A DNA stretch of 63,959 nucleotides from Gracilinanus agilis (Eukaryota), in the NCBI RefSeq assembly GCF_016433145.1, contig NC_058131.1, positions 600,774,279-600,838,237 on the forward strand. The letters run 5' to 3'. Numbering within the stretch: position 1 is the first letter of the stretch; every line of letters starts with the position of its first letter. Under the pieces are notes generated by a model. That model saw only the letters and a list, made by a program, of their open reading frames with translations, was not told where the DNA came from and did no database searches. Shown here piece by piece: positions 35,401-63,959 of the stretch. A program made the translations under genes and the position numbers.

Positions 35401-38341
35401 GTCCTCAGGATAATTTCTATGAAACAGAACTCATAAGAGGAATATTCTGCACAAGTTCCATAAGGCCAAAGGGCAATACAAGTAATGAAAATGCAACATA
35501 AAGGTGATGGCAAAGGACTTTGAAATAATCTAGTGAGCAGAAAAAAGCAGGCATTTTGTTGACACAAGTGGTGGTAATAAAAGCAGATGTTGATCAATGA
35601 GAGAAATAGCTCAAAAAGCCATCTCCTGTTTAAACCATGTACACAAAAAAGATCAGCTAAATTGTTGGTGTTGAATTATTTTAAAATTTCCATAATAATT
35701 TTACTAAGCAATCTATTATGCAACTTACAATATAAAGGTCCCATAAAAGAATATGTGTAACACAGGTAATGTAATATTTATAGAGAAGACTGGCCTTTGA
35801 ATCAGGAAGATCTAGGTTCAACCCTGAGTACCTACTAGCTCTAACCACTGACAAGTCAAGCAACTATCTTGCAGATTTGTACTGGTGGGGAAAGTTCTAA
35901 AACCAGTGAGTTTCTGCCACTAATGAAACTGAGAAACCTGGCAACATAATATGGACTACTACATACAAAACAAGGGATATATTTTCTTACATATGTGGCT
36001 TTCTAATAGGGTTAAATATAATAAATGGGAAAAAATACAAAATACAAGTAAAATTTGACTTTAATGAATGATACCATTTTACTATCCAGTTCATTAGAAT
36101 GTTATTTCCATGTATCAATCTACAGTCCCTAACATTGTTTCCTAATACAGACACAATGTATGAAACTTTAAATGACTTATATTCACAAGTCCCAGTCCAT
36201 TTAGCAATCTATATAGTTAGCTAACTACTTCATAGCAAAGTGCATCTTTTTTATACTGTATTCCTATAACCATATTTCAACATCTATGCCATTAAACATT
36301 CTGAACAAATTTTGGCAATTTTTTTCTTTTTATTTCAAAAAAGAAAAATGCTTTCTAGTCATCTAGCAGTCCACAAAAGAGCTATCCCCTTTGACTTGGT
36401 AACCCCACTCCTGGGAATATAATCCATGGAAATAATTAAGCAGAAAAACATTTCATTGTACAAATATATTTATAACTGTGTAATTTATAATAGCAGAAAA
36501 CTGGAAACCACTTACATGTCCTGTAGTTAGTTAGAAGTAGGTAAACTATGGTATGCATACTAATGTAATAAAAGCATGATGTTGCCCTAAAGAATGGCAA
36601 ATCCAAAGAATATAGAGATATATGAGAATAAATAAAAAAGAAACAGAATTAAATCCTGTATACATACAGACAAATCACATTGAAAATATTTGGGCATATG
36701 AGTAAACACATATTTGTACTCCCTGGCTAAAGTTACTCAGCTGGCCTCAGATTGGGACAAAAAATAAAATATTTCCCTGAAAGCAAGTTTAAAGACTAGG
36801 GAAAGACCCTGTCATTTTAAAGGAAGTCTGCTTCTCCTGTTAGTGAGGAGATTGGGGGGGGAAGTAGGTAATATAATAAAATAGAGCAAAGAACTGGGAT
36901 CTGGCAAAGTAAACTACAATGCTCATCTGTATATGCATCCTCTGTATGCTTATGTTTATATTTTATTGAAGTGTGAATGAAATATGACATTTCTGATGTA
37001 GTGGGAAGCTCATTATAGGAGTCGAAGAGTATTAGAAAAACAGGAAAAGCAGCCAAATGAAATTGTAAATTTAACTACCTGAATCTGAATTCAAGGAGGT
37101 TGATTACCAACCAAGTTTTTATGAGGCACAGTGAAATATTTTCTAACTAGATGTGTTTAATATTTTATAGGCAAGGAACTATCAAATCCTGTGATGCAGT
37201 GGAAAAAGTACTGTTATCTCAAATTGGAAGGCCCAAGTTCAAATTCCTGCTCTGCCACTTACTGTGTGGCAGTGGGCAAATCATTTAAGGATCTCAGTTT
37301 CCTGATCTTTAAAATAGGGGCCATGTAGGAGCAGCTGGGTAGCTCAGTGGAGTGAGAGTCAGGCCTAGAGACAGGAGGTCCTAGGTTCAAACCCGGCCTC
37401 AGCCACTTCCCAGCTGTGTGACCCTGAGCAAGTCACTTGACCCCCATTGCCCACCCTTACCAATCTTCCACCTATGAGACAATACACGGAAGTACAAGGG
37501 TTTAAAAAAAAAAAATAGGGGCCATGCTACATAATCTCTTAAGTCATTTAAAACTCTAAAGCTATGATTCTGTTAACTAAAAGAGAGGAATAGTGAGCAT
37601 TAGTAGGGCATCTCATTTCTAAGTATATGACAAAAAGGAATTCATAAAATTATTTCTTAGGGCATTTGTCATCAGTGCTTCTAGATTTGTTCCCCTTCTC
37701 AAAAGGGAGGACCGTAAAATCTTCTTTTTAAGAAAATTCCAGAAGAGATTCTCCGAGGTTTCCTTTCACTGAGAAAAATTATCAAGAAACAAAGTTACTG
37801 ATTTTGGTTCTAGGATGTTAATGCCATTAGGAATTTTGAAGGAGTATACCGAATTCACTGGGATTACACAAGAGAGGAATTTGTACCACGGGTCTTTGGT
37901 ATGAGCAGGGGTTGAGATGGGGTTGGGGGAAGGAGTTTTCACTCATATTTGAATAGCTGGTGGTTTCCTGAAGCTTTATTTCCTTTTACCCCTAGTCTGA
38001 TACGTTTAAAGATTTTGGGAATTAGAGATGGTCGGTTAGCCTATGTCCAACACTTCTAATGGAACCTGATGGATTCAGCTTACCCCAAGCGGGGCAAAAT
38101 GTGAATAAGTCGGGGCCCGAGGGATTCTGTCTTTTCGCTGACTCGCCACTTTTCGGGTTCATAAAAATTTTTTATTATTTGCAGCTGAGAGCTAGTAGGG
38201 CCAAAGGTTATGGGGGGAAGACGCAGTCCTGGGGCTGCAGGGGCGCACGGTGCACCGGTATGGGAGAAGGGAAACCCAGACTCACCTGAAGAGCCGGTCC
38301 CTGCCCTGAGTCTGGTTGGTGAAGCGAGTGAAAGTGTCCAT
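29422..38341 (-). CDS. PEX11A: Peroxisomal biogenesis factor 11 alpha: complement(join(29422..29993,35196..35311,38286..38341)); 247 aa
   Basis: MDTFTRFTNQTQGRDRLF|RAIQYTCMLLRYLLESKADREKVVMKLKKLESSVSSGRK|WFRLGNVVHAVQAT...HPPLLLDTVKNLCDILNPLDQLGIYKSN...YPQMRLRTC*. Exons of 56/116/572 nt with GT-AG introns. Confidence 0.98.
30503..30920. mobile_element. hAT-type MITE (TIR CAGTGATGGGCAAACT) with a SINE (30709-30900) nested in its right TIR
   Basis: Body nearly identical to 51049-51246. The SINE TSD is aaaaagtttgc(t/c)ca at 30695-30708 / 30901-30914. Confidence 0.85.
32896..33001 (-). mobile_element. 5'-truncated SINE with 17-bp TSD
   Basis: tgacttggagcattttt at 32879-32895 and 33002-33018. Confidence 0.85.
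33185..33840 (+). mobile_element. 5'-truncated L1 insertion with 15-bp TSD
   Basis: aaaatccctattctg at 33170-33184 and 33841-33855; A-rich tail. Confidence 0.9.
37327..37515 (+). mobile_element. Young SINE1-type SINE with TSD
   Basis: aaaataggggccatg on both flanks. Confidence 0.9.
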
Positions 38342-38379
38342 CTTGCCTGCCCACCCAACCATTTCCCACTGGGGTCAGA

Positions 38380-38860
38380 ACAGGCCAGAGTAGGGCCCGC
38401 ACCGGAGCAGAGGGCGCCGAAGTCCCCCCGGGATCGGGTGACTAGACATTTGGCTTGCCCGAGCGGGCCGAGCTCTCTCCACTTCCATAGGGGCGGGCAC
38501 TACCCAAAGGGTAGGGCGGGGGCTGGAAGAGGGAGGGCAGAACATCAAGTACGAGCCAGAGGGAAGTGTGGTCGCCCCTCCTCCCCCACAGACCGGAATC
38601 TAGAGCCTCGGGCAGAGCCGGAAGAGGTCGCAGCTTCCAGGACTTCCGGTTTGACCCGGAAGTTACAGTTCCCCTAGCAACAGAGTTTGAGAGACGCCGA
38701 AAAGACCGAGCACGAATCTTCGCGGCAGAACGGATACACAGTTTCCAAGGAGCCCTGTCGGCTTCAGTTAAGACGTCTCTGTCCAACCTGGGACCCGGAA
38801 ACCTTCGAGGCTGGCTGCCACCTAGATGGAGCGTCCTCCAGTCTCCTTGGGTTTCTCAGG
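38380..38860. promoter_or_regulatory. Bidirectional GC/CpG-rich promoter shared by PEX11A (-) and WDR93 (+); includes the probable non-coding WDR93 exon 1 (donor AG|GTAC at 38860)
   Basis: This is a CpG-dense stretch in an otherwise CpG-poor window. It has GC boxes (GGGGCGGG ~38489, GGGCGGGG ~38514), three ETS/GABP CCGGAAG cores (~38617, 38643 on -, 38656) and the RFX X-box GTTCCCCTAGCAAC at 38668-38681. Confidence 0.8.
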
Positions 38861-41800
38861 TACATTCGACCCCATCATAACAGCCTCCCTTCCCCTCTCC
38901 TCTCCACGCGAGAGCTTCCAAGAATTTCCGTTGACTACGTTCTCTAGGCGTGATGATCAAGGGTCATAATCTTAGAGTTTAGAGTGGCAAGGGGATCTTC
39001 AAGATCTTTCCCTGGGGTTCTTAATCTCGACGTTGATTATTTTTTGAATTAATTAAAATTTTATTTTAACTTAATTTATCAAAACTTATTTTAAAAAATT
39101 GATAATTATTTTAATATAGGAGGGAGGGGGGATTTCCTTTGTAATCTCATGTGTTTTGTTTTATGCCCTGAAAAACATTAGTATGAGAAAAGATTCAGAG
39201 GCCTCACTAGCCTTCCAGAGAGGTCCATGTTACAAAAATTAGTTAGGAGTCCCTGTTCTGATCTGTGAAAGTGAATGCACAAAATAACTTAATATGTTGG
39301 AGCTATCCAACCAGATAATGAAGGAGAGCTGTGTGAGACTGGGGTGGACAAGCTTGGAGAACTACTGGGAATGAACTCAGTAGTGTCATTAAACATGAAG
39401 ACAGTCTGAGAGACCTGCTCCGAGGTCCCTGAGATGGGATACTCAACTGACCCAGGGTTTCAAAAAACAGTCTGTTAGGGAGGAGGGGAGGAAAAGAATA
39501 TGAATCATGTAACCATGGGAAAATATTCTAAATTAAATAAATAATTTTTTAAAAAAGAAAATGGAAGAGTATTTGGAAGGAGAAACTACTAACAACAACA
39601 ATCATGGGGTACTCAACTTACTTTGGGTCTCAGCAGACTCTATCTCTGTTAGCTGTGGAAACCTGTTCAAATGTTATCCCTTGACCGCCACAGAACACCT
39701 GGTTTTAAGACTCCATGGGTTATTGCACTGTAAAACCTTGAGTCTAAGTTTCCTCCTTGTTTATCTTGCTAAAGAAGGTGCTATTGTACCAAAAATATGG
39801 ACCAAAGAGTTTTTGGTTTTGCTCCTGAAACTTTCACCTCACCCTGTGTTCCATCATCCTGGGTTCCTGGAACTCTCTGTCCATCGTACTCCCATATCCT
39901 TTCCTGCCTCCCTTAGTTTAAAAAAAAAAATTCTGCTGATTAGACCAATTTGTTCTACATGCGCATGTAATTAACTTACTTAATACTGTTCTGTAAAACT
40001 GGCCATTCTTCCCCTGGGGAAAGAGATTTCAGTCTCATAGGGTTTGAGCTTCCCAAATTGTCCCTCAGGTAATCTTCCTCTTAAGGACAAGAATTACTTA
40101 GGTTCCATGGGAGTCTGTGCTTGGCCCAGTACTTCCCCAATGTGCTCCCCTCTTGGGAGAAAGAGAAGCCCAAGCTTCATAGAGGTCGTGCCTCAGTTTA
40201 CAGGTCTAACCATTATTTTACAGTTGAGTAGAAGTGACTTGCCCAAAGTCACATAGATAAAATCATACAGTTTGAAAAGTAATGGCATAGTTATAATGGG
40301 CAGTAGTGGAAGAACTACATGTACTATTAAGATGCCATGGAGATGGCGAATACAGCCACGTGCTCAGTGGATTCAGAGCCAGGCTCAGAGACGGGAAACA
40401 TGCCCTTGAACACTCCCTAGCTGTGTGACCCGGACAAATCACTTAGCCATATTTGATCTTCTGCCTCAGAACCAACACTTAGTAATCATTCTAGGACAGA
40501 AGGCAAGGTTTTAAAAAAAATGCTTTTAGGGAGGAAGTATGCTTCATTTTCTGCTTTCCAAGATTTTCAGTTTTTTTCAGAATTCACCTCTGTCCTCATG
40601 TTTACTCAGTATTTAACTATATGTTTTAATTGAGTTTCATATAAGTAGCAAATTGTTGGGTTTTGTTTTCCATTCCTTTATCCTTTTTACTAGAAAATTT
40701 AACCCATTCATATTTAGGGTTATAATTGTTAACTGTGTTTTTTTCCTATTAACTACATACGCACATATATACATACTATTACATACTCCTCCCCAGCTTC
40801 TTACAAGCAAGAACCAAGTTAGGACTCTGAGCCTTAGTTGACTCAGTCCAAACCAAAGTCCAGGTCTTTCTTTGGACTTCTCAGAGATAAAGAGGCCAAT
40901 AACTTTAGTTCTTCCTTTTTACTACATGTCCAATTATTTGATGTTTAGGCTTACTTTTGTAGAATATTTTGTTTTGAGGTGACACTACATCTCTTCTTCA
41001 TAATATCATATTCAAATTTTTCTGTTGACCAGGGCTTATTGATTTTAGGGGAACCTAGGAATTAAAACTTTTTTTTCATTGCTGATCACAAAATTTGTTC
41101 TTTGTTTTTGTTCTGCAATTTGACTAAGTTTCTGGATGATTTAAACTTAAGGTTTTGTTCCTGGCTCAGCTCCTCTCTTGACTCCTATTCTGCTAACTGT
41201 CTTCCCACCTAGAGAAACCTAGAGTATGTTCTTCTCATCATTGATGACTCTTTCACTGACACTGATATTTCAGGGAGCATTCCAGCTTTGTTTACTTTAT
41301 TTCCAGCTTGACTCTGGACTTTTCCATGTCTTCATCAGCCATGTCATATCCCTTGTGTGTACCTTACCTTGCCTCTGGTCTTTTTCCCACCTTCCCTTTA
41401 TCTGGATTCCCCAATTAGAAAGTGATCTCTTTGAGTTAAAGGACTGTCTTCTTTCTGCAAAACTTAAATGACTTATAAACTCTCTATCCTTCCCCTTCCC
41501 TCCCCTAAAGTTATAATGAATTTATCCAAATTAGCTCCCAACCTGATACTAGCTTAACATATTATTATACAATTGCTGAATTTATTGATATGATGTAGCT
41601 TTTAAAAGTCTAAATACTACTACTCTATGCATAATTAATGTTGGTACATCAGTCTTCTTTCTTCATCACTTTCTTGGTCCCAAGGCTTCAGACTATTCCA
41701 TAGCCATCCCCCTTTCTTCTCCTATCTCAGGACTGGTCTTATTTATTCATGCATCCCAACTCATCTTGGCAATAGGATTCTCTTTGAATACTTCTAAGAA

Positions 41801-43489
41801 ATTAATTCCAAAAGTTAAGTGTTTAAAACTGCCCTATCTAAAGGGACATAGGTTTGCCCTGGGTCACTGAGAGAATTATGAAAATAGGGAGAAGCTAAGG
41901 ACAGGAGCAGCAGGAAAGACAGACTCAGTGTCAGGAATTACATTGTGTATGGAAATATGTCTTATATGATAGCACAAGTATAATATATATTATATTGCTT
42001 GCCACCTTGGAGAGGGAGAGAATTTGTATAGCAAAATGTCAGAAAACAAATGTTAAATTTTGTTTCAGTATGCAATGGGAAAAATACAATAATAATAGTT
42101 AACATTTTTAAAAAGTACATTTGACATGTTCTTTCACTTTTCTTCTTGTCATTACTGCATTTTTTTTAATTGTGGGACAATTTATTTGTGTTATTTGGTT
42201 TGGTGAGGGGAGAGCTATGTCTAGGAATCCTCTCATTGTGCCTTCATTCCAGGATTACCTGCCTTATGTGATTCTTATCTATTTTATTCCTTTTATAGAG
42301 GATCCATATAAAACCTCTGCTTCTTTTCATATTTTGTGGATATCAGTTCAGCACTCAGACTGTCAACCTTATATCTCTTTCTCTTCCTCCCTCTCCTTCT
42401 CCTTTTCCTTCTCCCTCTCCCTCTCCCTCTTGTCTAGTCCTACATGTCTGAAGGTAAGTCATTGAGAGTAATAGTCTGCATCATACTTTCACCTACCAAG
42501 AATCTATTGCCTTTTGGGTCAGTTTCAATTGTTATTTCTTCTGAGATTGTAATGCTCCATTGTTTGTAGCCTTGTCACTTTCCTGAAAGTTTTGTTTTTG
42601 TTTTTTCTTTTTTTTAAATTAACTTGTGATTTCATCTTTAGTATAAGTTTCTTGTGAAGAATTTCATCTACCAGTGCAAATCTGGGTTTCTTTGTAACAT
42701 ATATTAAAAATATAACAGTGAGTTGTGTGGGATTCCTGGGCATAATCTTCAGTATTTTTAATTCAATCCATCTCATTCTTATCATCTGTTTTAGATCTGG
42801 TCCAAGATCATTGTCTGCCCACAGTAACTGCCCAAGATATATGAACTAACTCAAAGGGCTGCTTGTCTAACTGTGTTTTGTAACTTTCACAATATGAATT
42901 TTAATTTTCTTTATTTTTACATTGTAAATGTTTGAATAAATTCTTTTAAATGGATATATGGCTTTAATCAAGCAAGTTTTATGATATTCCAGGATTCAGG
43001 GCAATTAGAGTGATGAATCATAGACTGTTAAGAGTTGAAGTAACCCTAAAAATAATTTAGTAATAAGAATAATTTCTGTGACATGCAAAAACCAGAGTCA
43101 TTCTTTAAAGTCATATATTCTGTTGGGTTTAAAAGGAAATACTTCCTGATTGATACCTAAAATGTCTTCAGTAATTTAATGATAAATATCAGCAGACTCT
43201 TGAGTATCAGTAGAGAATTTCTCAACTGACATCATAACTGACTGTGGGGAATTTATTTGATGAACAAGAAAAGGAGCCTGAAATAATCAAAGTTCAGGTT
43301 TCCAAAGGGAATAGCTTATTTATATTGTCTTATCCTTACTAAGCTACTTTTTATTTCTTTTAAAGTGTCTCATTCCTTCAACAACAATTCAAAACTTTGC
43401 AGAAGCTTGTGAAGAAACTATCACTTTCTACCATTATATATCCAAAGAAAATTCATTTTGAAGGCAACAGGTAAACCAGTAAGATCAAG

Positions 43490-61070
<17,581 letters not shown>

Positions 61071-61894
61071 TGAGTTGGAGAAGAAAAATAACAAGAGCTT
61101 TCATAGTTTCTAGAAACTTTGTGTAGGCAAGATTTTGAATTTTCTTCCATGGCTTAGAAATTCAGACAGGAAGTAATATAGGAAATGATTCATCTCAACC
61201 AGCATTTATTAAACACTTGATATGTCTGTGCCAGACATGGACTGGGGTATCATGGAGTCAAAGAGAAAAGATGATATAAGTCTTTCCCTCAAGAGTTTCC
61301 TTGGAGTAGGTGGATGGAACATGTGCATATTAAAGTAAAGGTAAATTGGAGAGATCAAATAGAGTGGTTTGAGAGCCTCAAAGAGCAGACCTTTCCACTG
61401 AGAAAATTGGGGCAAGGGGGAGCGCATTCTTTAGGAGGCAGCGCCTGAGATGGACTTTGAAAAGGAGAAAGTATAATGTACCTATACAAAGAAGGTAGGA
61501 CAAAATTAGGAATAGAAATGGAGTCTAGCTTGGCTAGAGTGTAAAGGATGTTAGTGGGAGTGCCATGAAATGATGTTAGAAAAGCAGATGAGAGCCAGAT
61601 TTTGCCTTAAATGTAAAGCTAAGATGCATTTATTTTGTCTGATAGACAATGGGGAACCACTGAAAGTCTTTGATCTGGATATGGAGCAATGTGGAGATTG
61701 GGTTAGAAAGGATCTCTCTCTAGACCACCTGTGTGTTTTCTGGGGGTATTGTCAAGAAGGCCCAGCAGATAGGCAATTATTCTCAGTGCATATGGAGAAG
61801 ATTAAGCCCAAAGTCAACAAAAGACTATTTCCAGCCAACTTTAGAAAGAAAGGCAAAAGAGAATCCCTGCTAGCCAGGAGCTCACAGTCTAATG

Positions 61895-63959
61895 GAGGAG
61901 AAAAGTCAACACCCAGAAATATAATAGCGAAATTGAAGAGCTTTCAAATTAAAGAAAAACCCAGTCGAACGGAGGGACCCCACAACAGGGTGCAGCTTAG
62001 AAGGTATGTGGAATCAAGGCATTTCCATGCTATAAAGGGGTGAAACAGCTCTCACTAAATCTCGGGCTGAGCAACCACCCCTCCTCTCCCCCCACACACA
62101 CACACCACCTGCAGCGCTGAAGCCAGGTCAAAAGAAATAGAGCAAGTTTGGGGCACCCATCAAGTCATTGGCAGCTCCGGGGCCTGTTCCTGAGAGCAGC
62201 AAGATTTAGGACCCCAAAAAGCTGAGGAACGCACATGGACTCTGAGCATGGACGCAAAGCGCAGGCGCGGGTGGAAACGTGGGTGGAGGCAGACACAGGC
62301 AGGAGCGAAGGCTCAGAAACCCTGAGTGGGGAACCAGTGCAGACAGGTATACGACTGTGGAAGCAGCGCCCTGAGACTTGTAAAGGAGCCCCCTGAAGAG
62401 GATCAAGCAAGAGGGTCCACCAGGGGGCTTGACCTTGGAAAAAACCAGACCTTAGACCTCAGGAGCCAAAAGACCGCAGACAGACCCTGAGCCCGAGGAT
62501 AAAGCTGAGAAGCTGCTGGGCTAACAATGGCTACCCAGATCCAAGAAGTCCAGAAGAAAGAGAGAAAGATTAACAACAAGAAGAAGAAATCTTTAACACT
62601 CGACAACTTTTACATGGAGAAAATCCAGACGACCGAGCAATCAGAAGAGGAGAAAAAACAAGCAATCACATCCGAACCATCCCAAGATAATCAAAACTGG
62701 TCACAAGCTCTTGAAATGTTCAAAACTGAGATGATGAGAAAGTTGGAAAAGATTTGGTCAGAGAAATGGGAAATAGCTCAAAAGGAAATCAGGCAAGAAA
62801 ATAACAGTCTAAAAGGCAGAATCTCGCAATTGGAAAGTGAGGCAAGTCAACTGAAGACCAGAAATGACCAGATTGAAAAGGAAAACCAAAAGATTATAGC
62901 CGAAAACCAGTCCTTAAAGGCTAGAATTGAGCAATTAGAAGCTAATGATCTCTCAAGACAACAAGAACAAATAAAACAAAGCCAAAAGACTGAAAAAATA
63001 GAAGGAAACATGAAATATCTCAATGAGAAAGTGACAGACCAAGAAAACCGGTCTAGAGGAGACAATTTGAGAATCATCAGTCTCCCTGAAAAGGGAGAAA
63101 TTAATAGAAATTTGGACTCCATACTAAAAGAAATTATTCAGCAAAATTGCCCTGAAGTCCTACAACAAGAGGGCAATATAGACATTGAAAGGATCCATAG
63201 ATCACCCTCGACATTCGATCCAGATAAGAAAACACACAGAAATATAATTGCCAAATTCAAGAGTTTCCAAGCAAAAGAAAAAATCTTACAAGAAGCCAGA
63301 AAGAAACAATTCAAATATCAAGGAGCACCAATCAGGATCACACAGGATCTGGCAGCCTCCACGCTAAAAGACCGAAAAGCTTGGAATATGATATTCAGAA
63401 AGGCAAGAGAGCTGGGCCTGCAACCACGGATCAACTACCCATCAAAATTGACTATATACTTCCATGGGAAAGTATGGGCATTCAACAAAATTGAAGATTT
63501 CCAAGTATTTGCACAGAAAAGATGAGGGCTAAATGGAAAGTTTGATATCCAACCACAAAAATTGAGAGAAACATGAAAAGGTAAATAAGAAACAGAGGAG
63601 AAAGAAAGAAAATTCATAATTTTTTAAATTTGCCTTTTTAAGGGCCTCAGTAAAATCTAATTATCTGTATTCCTACGTGTAGAAATGCTATGTATAATTC
63701 TCTGTAGTGAACTCCATTCACTATTAAGTATTCACTATTATAGTGGTCGGAAGAATGATTTATGGGGAGAGGGAGGAGTGCTAAATGGTCTAAGATGATA
63801 TGGGGGGTGGGAAAGAGGAGGGTGAATGGAGGGGGACACCAGGAGAAACTTGAGAGAATAAGAAAAATAGGATAATCTATTACACAAAAAGAGGGCATGG
63901 GATGGGGAGGGGACAAATACTATTATAAGAAGGAGAGGAAGAGAGCATTAAGAGGTAAT
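61895..63959 (+). mobile_element. Young L1 LINE, 5' part (5'UTR, ORF1, long inter-ORF spacer), running off the window
   Basis: CpG-containing 5'UTR ~61960-62526, near-intact ORF1, and >380 nt of spacer without an ORF2 start. It is inserted into an L2 remnant (ggagctcacagtctaatgg). Confidence 0.93.
62527..63576 (+). CDS. L1 ORF1p (coiled coil, RRM, CTD) with a premature TGA at 63523-63525, 16 codons before the apparent natural stop
   Basis: Heptad coiled coil; LRIISLPE, IERIHRS, RNIIAKFKSFQAKEKIL, IRITQDLAASTLKDRKAW, INYPSKL motifs. The frame continues GLNGKFDIQPQKLRET* after the early stop. Confidence 0.92.

Noticed and set aside
38059-38947. Several overlapping 60-155 aa ORFs at the PEX11A/WDR93 promoter
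   Set aside because: Stop-poor ORFs are expected in GC-rich promoter DNA; only PEX11A exon 1 is supported.
61570-62043. 157-aa ORF as a novel gene
   Set aside because: It is a chance fusion of L2 remnant, the ORF1-like fragment and the L1 5'UTR.

Overview
This is a eukaryotic (mammalian) genomic window, about half interspersed repeats. The SINEs (opossum SINE1-type, Mar1) and the L1 type point to a didelphid marsupial, most likely Monodelphis domestica; this is inferred from repeat content. Four spliced protein-coding genes were reconstructed by hand from splice sites, reading phase and remembered human homologues. They are: (1) an intact 4-exon RERG/RERGL-family Ras-like small GTPase on + (760-4551) with non-canonical G2/G3 motifs; (2) PLIN1, perilipin-1, on - (8 coding exons, 544 aa); (3) PEX11A on - (3 exons, 247 aa); and (4) the first 8 coding exons of WDR93 on +, head-to-head with PEX11A across a GC-rich promoter with ETS motifs and an RFX X-box. 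PLIN1-PEX11A-WDR93 matches the human 15q26.1 order, where I recall no RERG-family gene next to PLIN1. That makes the GTPase the best candidate for an uncharacterised gene retained in marsupials. Other highlights: PLIN1 lacks the C-terminal PKA serine (it ends YKKN, not RKKS), and PEX11A lacks the C-terminal KxKxx motif. WDR93 has a GC-AG intron. A decayed class I ERV in a WDR93 intron has a hydrophobic Gag leader, an N/Y/G-rich tail after the zinc knuckle and an Asn-rich heptad repeat before the protease. A young L1 at the right edge starts with a piece of another L1's ORF1. There is no evidence of CRISPR arrays, rRNA or genuine tRNA genes. All homology statements are from memory and were not computed.
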